Shown here: in pieces, positions 1 to 7,626 of the stretch
Numbering within the stretch: the first letter of the stretch is position 1
How the letters are laid out: every line of letters starts with the position of its first letter
Assembly (NCBI GenBank): GCA_030586555.1
Contig: JAURAC010000052.1
Span: 1 to 11,702, forward strand
DNA length: 11,702 bases
DNA from: Candidatus Subterrananammoxibius californiae
Lineage (GTDB): Bacteria; Planctomycetota; Brocadiia; Brocadiales; Subterrananammoxibiaceae
Direction: 5' to 3'
Notes under the pieces: model-generated
Told to the model about the DNA's origin: nothing
Database searches by the model: none
The model's input: only the letters and a program-made list of their open reading frames with translations
Program-made: the position numbers and the translations under genes

Positions 1-492
1 TTGTGACCCTGATACATCCCGATTAGTTGATTCAACTTGTACCGGCAATACCAAATCTTCAACCTTTGGCGTAAAACAAATCTTATCAGAGCATCCCTGA
101 TAATGTACCTCAAGCCTTATACTACTGGAACCCGCAGAAACATCCTTTGACACTCGAATATATGACTTTATTTCAATTTGTCCTTCATAAAGTTCAACCT
201 CTTTTTCCAGAAATGTATCAAACTTAATCTTTCCTGCCGGAAGTTCCATTGACGCTACTGAGAATTGCTCAGGATTACCGCTTTCTATCCTGATTTGATC
301 TTTGTAAATATGATGATTAGACGCAATCGAGAAAACAACAATAGCCGGTACCGTATCACCAGCAGCCACACTATCTTTTAAAAGGTTTGCATTTATTTTA
401 AATGGAGATGTTTCCCCTGAAATTACCGGTAAAGATATAAATGAGACAAGAACAACCAGAAACATACTTTTTACAAATATACTTGTTTTCAT
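1..492 (-). CDS. dsbD: Protein-disulfide reductase DsbD, N-terminal part (runs off the window edge)
   Basis: Manual translation from ATG at 492 (AAGGAG SD at 506-501): MKTSIFVKSMFLVVLVSFISLPVISG...NHHIYKDQI...VHYQGCSDKICFTP. It has a signal peptide and the YQGC-x4-C motif of the DsbD alpha domain. The frame is open to base 1. Confidence 0.85.
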   Translation of the reverse strand, partial: MKTSIFVKSMFLVVLVSFISLPVISGETSPFKINANLLKDSVAAGDTVPAIVVFSIASNHHIYKDQIRIESGNPEQFSVASMELPAGKIKFDTFLEKEVELYEGQIEIKSYIRVSKDVSAGSSSIRLEVHYQGCSDKICFTPKVEDLVLPVQVESTNRDVSGSQ

Positions 493-515
493 AGGAACAT
501 CTCCTTATTTATACT

Positions 516-2876
516 CTACTTAATATTCTCTATAAGGCTCACGATAGCTTTTGAAACTATTTCTTCATGTTGCTCTACGGTTTCCGCCCTTCCGTACTTT
601 TCAATTATCTTGTTCCACTCTGGCGTTCCATAATATTGGTGACACCCTATACATGTACCTTCTCTTTCTACAAGATTTCTTTCTTCCTGGTTTAAAGGTC
701 TGTCCTCAGGGAGTGGCATATTTTGTATCTGTTTTCCGCTTCTTACCACCAACTGATCCAGGGCATAGGGAAAATCTTCTATCTTTGGGGTTTGCCACAT
801 CCCGGTTTTTATATTGGGGATATCTCCATATACTCCCTTTGATAAATCCTGGAACAAGGGGCTGTCACCCAGAAGCTTTCCTGCACTCCTCGAATTGCCT
901 GTACCATATCCTACGGACTTGGGATTCGTATGACAATCCTCACAGGTTCTGGCAACCAGACTAATTGAATGGGGATGCATTGGAGCTACCGTAGGTGAAT
1001 TATGGCCCGTGGATGTTGTATAGTGTTTGTTGAGTGCTTTAATATTTCCTTCTTTATCAACAAAGGTGTAAAATACCTGACAACCGGGGGCAAGAGGGGA
1101 AACCTTCCCTCTGAGGTTAATCCCCAGTATCGGACTTTCCCACCTCATAAAGGATCTGTTCTCAAACGATAGATCTCCAAATTCTTTGATTATTGTCTGC
1201 CTGCCTGTTGCAGGATCTACTTTCTTGGAAGTTGTTATCCAATCCGTACCCTTTACTCTCCTATCGTATTGCATATGGCATCCGTAACACTGAGGTGCCC
1301 ATGTTGCATGGCAAGCATAACATTCCAATTTTTCTATATGCTCGTGTATAATTGACATAGAGACCTTTCCCTGTTGGGTTTTAAAGGTATCGGTTTGCCG
1401 AATGTCTTTGAGTAAAGGGATTTCATGTTTTTTCCCTGTGTATAAACTAAATACATACGCCTTGTCTTCTTCTCTGATCCAGTTTGCCTTTACATTCCCC
1501 CGCGAAGTAAGGAGATATTCCTTGATCCCGTCCTTATAGATTCCTTTACTGCCCTCCAGAATAACGGGTGTTCCATATCCCACAGGGAGTTCCCAGGGAT
1601 ATTCTTTGGGCGTACCATGGCAATCATAGCACGTAATTTCCACTTGATAGACAGTTACGGGGTAGATATTGCCATCTCCATGAACGTCTATCGAGGTGTG
1701 GCAATCAACACATTCCATGCCTCTTTCAAAATGAACATCTTTTCGTACATGTAAATATTCTTTCGTAAACAGAGTCTCCTGGGGTTTTGCATGTTCATCA
1801 AACGGAGGCGCATGACCGTCATTAACATAGTCATATTCAAACATGCCTACAAAGGTAGTTCCGATTCGTCTCCCCCTCGTATGACAATGGGTACATTGAG
1901 CAGCTGGTATTGCAGTGGTAATTCGATGAAGGAGCGGATGAGGTCTTGTGCCATTGTTTTTAATAGTTGGGTCACCACCCTCATATTTGCCATCATTTCC
2001 GTAGAGTATATGACATGCAGCACACCCAGAGGCCCTTAAATCTCCCCGTTCGTTCCTTCCTTCTCCCCAAACATGACACCTTGCACATTGTTTTCTATAG
2101 GTATCAGAAAAGCCCGCCTTTTCTTCTGAACCAAAAACCTCAATACCCTTTCCAAAGTCAGGGATCTCATCCACTTTTTCAAGTCTTCTCAGATAGCCAG
2201 TGTTTATAGCCTTCCCAACCCATTCTTTGTATTTTTCGGAACCTACTCTCGGGATAGGGCCATCAGTGTCTACCATGTCAAAGTTTCCATATGGAAAGGT
2301 GCCTTTGGATATAACCCCATTCGATGAGAGCGTCTTACTTGCTATTCCTGTCATCAATGAATGGAGAGACATAGACATCCTATAGGAATAATCTCTTCCC
2401 AAAGTCCCGGAAGGCTCCAATGAAGGAAATTGTTGAGACATTAGTTCGCCTCCGACAGGCTGATTGAGAGGTTTTCCCATCAATGTAGTTATACTTCCTT
2501 TGCTATCGTGGCACTTGGCACAACCCTTTCCCTCATGAAGCACCCACATGCTTGACGGGTTTGGAATGAGTGTGCTGTGTGCCTCTTCCTTTTTATCGGA
2601 TGCGGGGTTTCCTTCATGGCAAATGGCGCATTCGTACCCTTTACCTCTTCCGTATTTTTGTTTGGCAAAGCTTAAAAGAAAAGGTTGCATTCTGTCATTA
2701 ATAATATCGATCCCCTCATGACACGATAGGCACCCTTTTTCTTCTGATATTTCTCTATCTTTTACTGTGTGATTTACAGAAGTACTTATTATTCTTAATT
2801 TTGTACTTTCACATCCTCCAATCATTCCTGTAATCAATACAAACACTCCAATTGAAAATAAATTGACTTTACTCAT
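516..2876 (-). CDS. Multiheme cytochrome c lipoprotein (12 CxxCH motifs), 786 aa
   Basis: CxxCH motifs counted: CLSCH, CAICH, CAKCH, CARCH, CAACH, CTHCH, CVDCH, CYDCH, CYACH, CYGCH, CEDCH, CIGCH. The N-terminal hydrophobic stretch ends in a lipobox-like IGGC. Confidence 0.92.
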   Translation of the reverse strand: MSKVNLFSIGVFVLITGMIGGCESTKLRIISTSVNHTVKDREISEEKGCLSCHEGIDIINDRMQPFLLSFAKQKYGRGKGYECAICHEGNPASDKKEEAHSTLIPNPSSMWVLHEGKGCAKCHDSKGSITTLMGKPLNQPVGGELMSQQFPSLEPSGTLGRDYSYRMSMSLHSLMTGIASKTLSSNGVISKGTFPYGNFDMVDTDGPIPRVGSEKYKEWVGKAINTGYLRRLEKVDEIPDFGKGIEVFGSEEKAGFSDTYRKQCARCHVWGEGRNERGDLRASGCAACHILYGNDGKYEGGDPTIKNNGTRPHPLLHRITTAIPAAQCTHCHTRGRRIGTTFVGMFEYDYVNDGHAPPFDEHAKPQETLFTKEYLHVRKDVHFERGMECVDCHTSIDVHGDGNIYPVTVYQVEITCYDCHGTPKEYPWELPVGYGTPVILEGSKGIYKDGIKEYLLTSRGNVKANWIREEDKAYVFSLYTGKKHEIPLLKDIRQTDTFKTQQGKVSMSIIHEHIEKLECYACHATWAPQCYGCHMQYDRRVKGTDWITTSKKVDPATGRQTIIKEFGDLSFENRSFMRWESPILGINLRGKVSPLAPGCQVFYTFVDKEGNIKALNKHYTTSTGHNSPTVAPMHPHSISLVARTCEDCHTNPKSVGYGTGNSRSAGKLLGDSPLFQDLSKGVYGDIPNIKTGMWQTPKIEDFPYALDQLVVRSGKQIQNMPLPEDRPLNQEERNLVEREGTCIGCHQYYGTPEWNKIIEKYGRAETVEQHEEIVSKAIVSLIENIK

Positions 2877-3078
2877 GTTTGTACCCTTGTATTGACGGAC
2901 ATGGAATTGTTCCGTACGAACAAAATATGCAACAGTGTCCCTTTTTTGGTTTTAACATTGATTTACAATTCCCACATTCATAAAAATATTGACAGGCATC
3001 TGTAGGCATTGTTTCTTCCTTTTGATGCCCACAGTGAGGGCAAGTGATTGTGGATTTTAAAATAATCTCTTTATTCAT
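2869..3078 (-). CDS. GDCCVxC-domain small cysteine-rich protein, 69 aa
   Basis: STITCPHCGH..EETMPTDACQYFYEC..C..MLKPKKGHCCIFCSYGTIPCP fits the GDCCVxC family pattern (GHCCIFC here). It overlaps the cytochrome start by 8 nt. Confidence 0.85.
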   Translation of the reverse strand: MNKEIILKSTITCPHCGHQKEETMPTDACQYFYECGNCKSMLKPKKGHCCIFCSYGTIPCPSIQGYKHE

Positions 3079-3090
3079 TTTAATTTTATC

Positions 3091-4911
3091 TTAGCAGCAT
3101 TTTGGTCCACATGATATTTTCACATCTTTATTTTGCATATCGGATATGATAAACATTCCTTTATATGGAGGGTTTGAAAGTTTCCAGGCCGTATCGGTAC
3201 AAACCTCCACTGGAATTTCTGCTGGATATGTGTGCCCGTCATCATCTGAAACGCTGCTAAAGGGTCCTCTATAGGTCACATATTGTCCGGTGTATTCACA
3301 TTTCTTCGACTTCTCGTATTTATACCCCCTTGTAGTTATAGAATAAAACTTAAATCCATCCACTTCCTTATAGAGAGAACGATTCACCACTTCCCGTCCA
3401 TAAAAACCTAACTTCTTCGTTATATGGAAAAACTCTTCTTCCGTAACAGCCCCCGATACGCACTCACTCCATAATATTTTGTCCCGTTTCATGGATACAG
3501 GAACTTCCCTGTCAGAGACAATGTCAGATATTACAAATCTACCACCTGTCTTTAATATCCTGAATATTTCTTGAAAAACCTTTTCCTTTTGGGCTGACAA
3601 ATTGATGACGCAATTGGATGTTACCAGATCGACACATTCATCCGCAAGAGGTATTTCTTCCAGAAACCCTTTCATAAAACGAACGTTATCAAAACCAAGG
3701 TTTCGCGCCACAATCTCTCTTGAGGCATTGGCATTTCTCAGCATTTCATCGGTCATGTCTATTCCGATAACTTGTCCACGTTCGCCAACCATTTTTGCAG
3801 CAATAAAACAATCTATCCCTCCGCCGGAGCCTAAATCCAGCACACTTTCTCCTGGCTCGATGTTGGCTTGTGTCATGGGACTGCCGCATCCATACGATAT
3901 ATTCAAGACTTGCGGGGGAATATGCGATAAATCTGCTGGATTATAATTGGTTGGGCAACATAATTCTTTTTGAGGTTGAGTTGCCGCAGTAGCATAAAAT
4001 TCATTAACCAATTTCCTGACGGTGTTTCTTGTAATAAGTTTCGGTTCTTCATTTTTACAGGTCAATCCTGAAGTTCTACAGGTATAACAGGCAGGCGATT
4101 CCATTGTGTATGGCCCAAGGGACTCTCCCAAAGTCCAGCCCATCCAGGCGTTTGGAGCGGAAATAAGTATGGGACAGACAAAGGCGCCTTTACTGGTCAC
4201 GATACGGCTGGTGGTACATTGGAGATTGTCCATCGGGTAGTTATCAAGGCACTTCTCTGTAATCCGTTCGCTTTCATCGTAAGGTCTGACAAATTCGGAG
4301 CATCGTCCCAGGAGAACTAAAGGTAGTTTTTTGAGTCTTAACTGTGGGATATTCAAAGAACGTTCTAACGACTGAAATCCTTCTGCCATTTCTTTAGTAA
4401 ACTTTCCATATTTCGACCAATCAGCTACCGTAATAATCGGATTAAAACCAGCATGCACCAGGAACTGAATACCCCTGATTGCCCTCTTAAATGATCCCAT
4501 TCCACGGATTTGGTCATTTTCTTCCTCTATAAAACTTTCCAGGCTTACCCTGAATTCTAATTTATGTTTGGATATGCGAGATACCTGGGCTAGTGTTTGT
4601 GAAAGACCCTCTGTTATTAAGGTGCCATTTGAAAGGACTGTGGTCGGACTGTATTTTAGGGCTTCTTGTAAAATAGCTGCAATTTGAGGATGTAAAAAAG
4701 GCTCGCCTCCGGTAAAGTAGAATTCTTTTACTCCCAGTGTTGATGCCTCTTTCAAATACCACTGTATAGTATCTACGGTTATCATCTCATGTGTTTTGTT
4801 TTTGGGACCACAGGAGATAAAGCAATGGGCACACTGTAAGTTACAATGAGTTCCTGTTACCTGAAACCACAACGTTTCGAGCTGTTTTAAATAAACCTTT
4901 GGCGTATTAAT
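3091..4911 (-). CDS. Radical SAM domain fused to ArsM/AS3MT-like SAM-dependent methyltransferase; probable start at ATT 4911 (ORF track starts at TTG 4872)
   Basis: The N-terminus has CNLQCAHC (CxxxCxxC) and FTGGEPF. The C-terminal half has SYGCGSP, VLDLGSGGGIDC, GIDMT, SNCVINL, WSECVSGA and a terminal CC, as in ArsM-type enzymes. The frame is open upstream to TAG at 4926-4924, and AGGAGG (4925-4920) lies 8 nt before ATT at 4911. Confidence 0.88.
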   Translation of the reverse strand: MNTPKVYLKQLETLWFQVTGTHCNLQCAHCFISCGPKNKTHEMITVDTIQWYLKEASTLGVKEFYFTGGEPFLHPQIAAILQEALKYSPTTVLSNGTLITEGLSQTLAQVSRISKHKLEFRVSLESFIEEENDQIRGMGSFKRAIRGIQFLVHAGFNPIITVADWSKYGKFTKEMAEGFQSLERSLNIPQLRLKKLPLVLLGRCSEFVRPYDESERITEKCLDNYPMDNLQCTTSRIVTSKGAFVCPILISAPNAWMGWTLGESLGPYTMESPACYTCRTSGLTCKNEEPKLITRNTVRKLVNEFYATAATQPQKELCCPTNYNPADLSHIPPQVLNISYGCGSPMTQANIEPGESVLDLGSGGGIDCFIAAKMVGERGQVIGIDMTDEMLRNANASREIVARNLGFDNVRFMKGFLEEIPLADECVDLVTSNCVINLSAQKEKVFQEIFRILKTGGRFVISDIVSDREVPVSMKRDKILWSECVSGAVTEEEFFHITKKLGFYGREVVNRSLYKEVDGFKFYSITTRGYKYEKSKKCEYTGQYVTYRGPFSSVSDDDGHTYPAEIPVEVCTDTAWKLSNPPYKGMFIISDMQNKDVKISCGPKCC

Positions 4912-5072
4912 GGTTCTAACCTCCTAAAATTAAGTATGGTGTCCCCAGAATTTCCCAAAACACTTATAGGGCTGATAAAATAAAACCACTTGCAATTTTT
5001 TTCGTTTTTTGTTTTACTATCGCACAGCATTAAGGGAAAATGCAAGTAATTTTCTATCATCTAATCTTCGAC

Positions 5073-5156
5073 AAAGACGTTAGCACAACGATGATCTACA
5101 CCAATGTCTTGAACAAAGGCGGTCACGGTGTCAGAAGTCCCGTCGATGGCCTGTAG
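5073..5156 (+). pseudogene. intI: 3' remnant of integron integrase
   Basis: Translates to KDVSTTMIYTNVLNKGGHGVRSPVDGL*, matching the IntI C-terminus (H-x-DVxTTMIYTHVLNxGGxGVxSPxD) including the catalytic Tyr. No IntI-like coding sequence is present upstream of ~5071. Confidence 0.9.
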
Positions 5157-5157
5157 G

Positions 5158-5184
5158 CCGGTTTATACAGACTGTATAAACCGG
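5158..5184. repeat. Perfect 27-bp palindrome, copy 1 of a 23-bp direct repeat
   Basis: CCGGTTTATACAG-A-CTGTATAAACCGG. Bases 5157-5179 match 5292-5314 at 22/23 positions. Confidence 0.9.
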
Positions 5185-5291
5185 AATGGGCAATTTGGCG
5201 AACAGGCAGGAAATGCTTAATGTGAAACAAGTTACAACCCGTAACAAGAAGACACGGCAACTTCTTATATATATCGAAACAGTCTGTGTTT

Positions 5292-5326
5292 GCCGTTTTA
5301 TACAGACTGTATAATCATTGTTGGGC
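5292..5326 (+). other. Putative attI recombination site (crossover G|TT at 5320/5321), including copy 2 of the palindromic repeat
   Basis: GCCGTTTTATACAGACTGTATAA-TCATT-GTTGGGC. GTTGGGC fits GTTRRRY and is the exact complement of R'' GCCCAAC in the first attC (9751-9757). Confidence 0.7.
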
Positions 5327-5397
5327 GGCATTGCGCTGCAATCATGAGTTAGCAAAACAACAAAGAGACAGTAACCACAACCAAAGGAGAATCAAGC

Positions 5398-7624
5398 ATG
5401 CAGCAACCTAAGGCATTTGTGATCGATGCGTCCGCGCTGGCCACCAGCGCCGCGCCGTCTGATCGTTTCGTCAACGTGTCGCACTTCGTGCCGTTCAATC
5501 TCGCCAGCCATATCGAAGACGAGCCGTTTGCGATGACGCCGAACCAAATCGACCGCCTCGCGCGCTCGGCGGCATTCTTGTCGGCAGAAGGTAAGAATGC
5601 GGAAGCTAAACACGTGAAGGGCAAGGATCGAGCTGATAAGCAATTACTGCCCAAGCGCGTGCAAAGCGCCGCCATGCAGCGCCGATATCAGCGAATCGCC
5701 CGAACCCGATCCGCTGCTGCAATCATCTATTACGGTCGCGGGCCAAATTGCCGGGCAGCTCAGCAGCGAGTTCGGCTTGCTGTTTCTCGACCGCACACGC
5801 ATTCGGCCCATGGGCTTCAGCCTAGGCGAGCACCTCACCTCATTAAGCCTTGCGCCCGGTGAAGAAGTGACCATCGAACAAAAGACCTACACCAAGGTGG
5901 AGCAGTCTTTCGAGGAAACCAAAGATGATGAGGTGACGAAAGATCAGGAGCTCTCGTCGACTTACACCAACGAGTTGAGCGAAAGCCTGGACTGGCAAAC
6001 CTCATTAAGCAAAAAGAGCACCAACACCAGCGGCGCCAAGGTGTCGGGCTCGTATGAAGGCATTGGCGTCGAGGCTTCCACCCAGACCGCCAATGATTTG
6101 AACGACGGCGACACACGCACCGCGCGCGATTCGCTAAAGCTCTCCGAGACCAACACGCGCAAGGTGGCCTCTAAGCAGCGCCAGCAGCACAAGATTGTGA
6201 TGCGCTTAAGCCAGGAGTCCCGTTTCGAAACCGGCAGCAAACGCGTGATCAAGAACACCAACTCGTTGGCACCCATCGATTTGGTGTATTTCAAGATTTT
6301 GCAGCGCTTACAGGTATCGCAAGAACGCTACGGCATTCGCCTATGCTGGGCACCCACCGTCGCCGATCCCGCGGGCCGCTTGTTCACTGAGATAGAACAG
6401 CGCCGCCAAGAGTTCATGGCTGTGGCTACAGCCATCGACGTAGGCCCGGCGCCCGTGCAGCCGACACCGCCGTCGACGCACCCGGCGATCACGCAAGCGG
6501 TGGTGAAGATTGCCGATAAGTTCGACCCGGTGTGGGGCGGACAGAGCGCGGATTACGTGATTGAGATACCGGCGCCGGCCAATTACGTGTGGGACAGCGT
6601 ACCGGTAACGTTGACCTTTGGCTTCACCGCCAGCCGCCCGGCGGGCGGGCGCATACTCACCACGGTGGCAACGCAAACCGGCGTGCAGGTCATCGTGCAT
6701 GTAGGCATTGAAGATTGCCGCAACCCGGTGAAGCCGCAGTGGTGGCAGGCGGTCGGCACGGCTACCATTACGCTGACCGCGAATTTCTTGCCAACGCCTG
6801 ACACCGCCGCCGATGTGGCTTACACGGCTGCGCTGGCGCAATACCGGCAGGCTTTCGCGGACTGGAAGGCCAAGCGCGACGCGGCATTGGCCGAAGCCAC
6901 CGCGCGCGCCGAAACGCAGTGGCAACAAATCCGTGCGAACCTGATCGCCCGCGCCAATATTGTTCAAGAAGTGGTCGGCGCGTTGATTGAGCAGGCCTTC
7001 CCGCGTTCAGTGCGCGACGAGCCTTGGGAGCTGGATTTTTGGGAACGCATATTCGACTTCGATAATGTCAGCGTGCGCTTCTATCCGGCGTGGTGGTGTG
7101 GCCACGACTTACGCGACCCCGACACCAGCGCCACCAGCTTCATGAACGCCAGCTGGGCCAAAGTATACGTGCCCATCCGGCCGGGCGCTGAAGACATCGC
7201 ATTGCGCTGGCTGTTGGTTCGATCACTGACTAGCACCAACTCGCCGCTGCTCGAGGCGCTGATCAAGCAGATAGTCGCCGACCTTAAGGCTTATCGGTTG
7301 GCTAATTTTGGCAGCGAAGACGAAATGTATGTCACGCCGCAACAGGATGAAGATTGCCCCACGTTGACGCGGCCGTACAAATGCTTAGGCAAATGGTACG
7401 AGCATATTCCCACCGACGGCACCCACCTGGAAGTGCTGCAGGCCACCACCTCGGGCGCCGATGACGATCTCACCCGCCGGCTGCAACTGCAGAACGACTT
7501 GCAGCAAGAGAATGTGAATATGTCGGCCAAGGACGTGGCGATTAAAGATGTGGTGGCAGGCAGCACGCTGAACGGGCTGACCTCGCATGTGGAGATCAGC
7601 GTGCCCAAAGCCAGGGAGGAATAG
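5398..7624 (+). CDS. Cassette 1 gene A: hypothetical ~741-aa protein, possible beta-pore-forming/translocon-like, split by a +1 frameshift near 5680 (ORF track 5398..5862 plus 5777..7624)
   Basis: AAGGAG SD (5384-5389) precedes ATG 5398, while TTG 5777 has no evident SD. The downstream frame is open from 5618 and reads ADISESPEPDPLLQSSITVAGQIAGQLSSEFGLLFLDR from 5681. The protein has a Ser/Thr-rich region with an alternating hairpin, a Pro-rich linker and coiled-coil-like segments. Confidence 0.75.
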
Positions 7625-7626
7625 AC

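Noticed and set aside
551..3946. + strand ORFs 551..964, 1791..2039, 1967..2209, 2200..2385 and 3602..3946
   Set aside because: Antisense to well-supported minus-strand genes, with no motifs.
2869..4911. Selenocysteine recoding in the GDCCVxC or methyltransferase genes
   Set aside because: Both frames are open with Cys codons, have no in-frame TGA, and end in TAA.
4988..5047. Inverted repeat ACTTGCAATTT / AAAATGCAAGT as MITE ends or divergent -35 boxes
   Set aside because: Short, in AT-rich DNA, with no target duplication and no properly spaced -10 elements.
5151..5310. LexA (SOS) box near intI, suggested by CTGT/ACAG words
   Set aside because: Spacings are CTGT-N12-ACAG and CTGT-N14-ACAG, or the inverted ACAG-N-CTGT. 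None is CTGT-N8-ACAG.
5157..5314. CRISPR array from the 23-bp palindromic repeat
   Set aside because: Only two copies with a 112-nt gap, no cas genes, and better explained as part of the attI region.
5348..5354. GTTAGCA as an alternative attI core
   Set aside because: Poorer GTTRRRY fit and not complementary to R'' GCCCAAC, unlike GTTGGGC at 5320.
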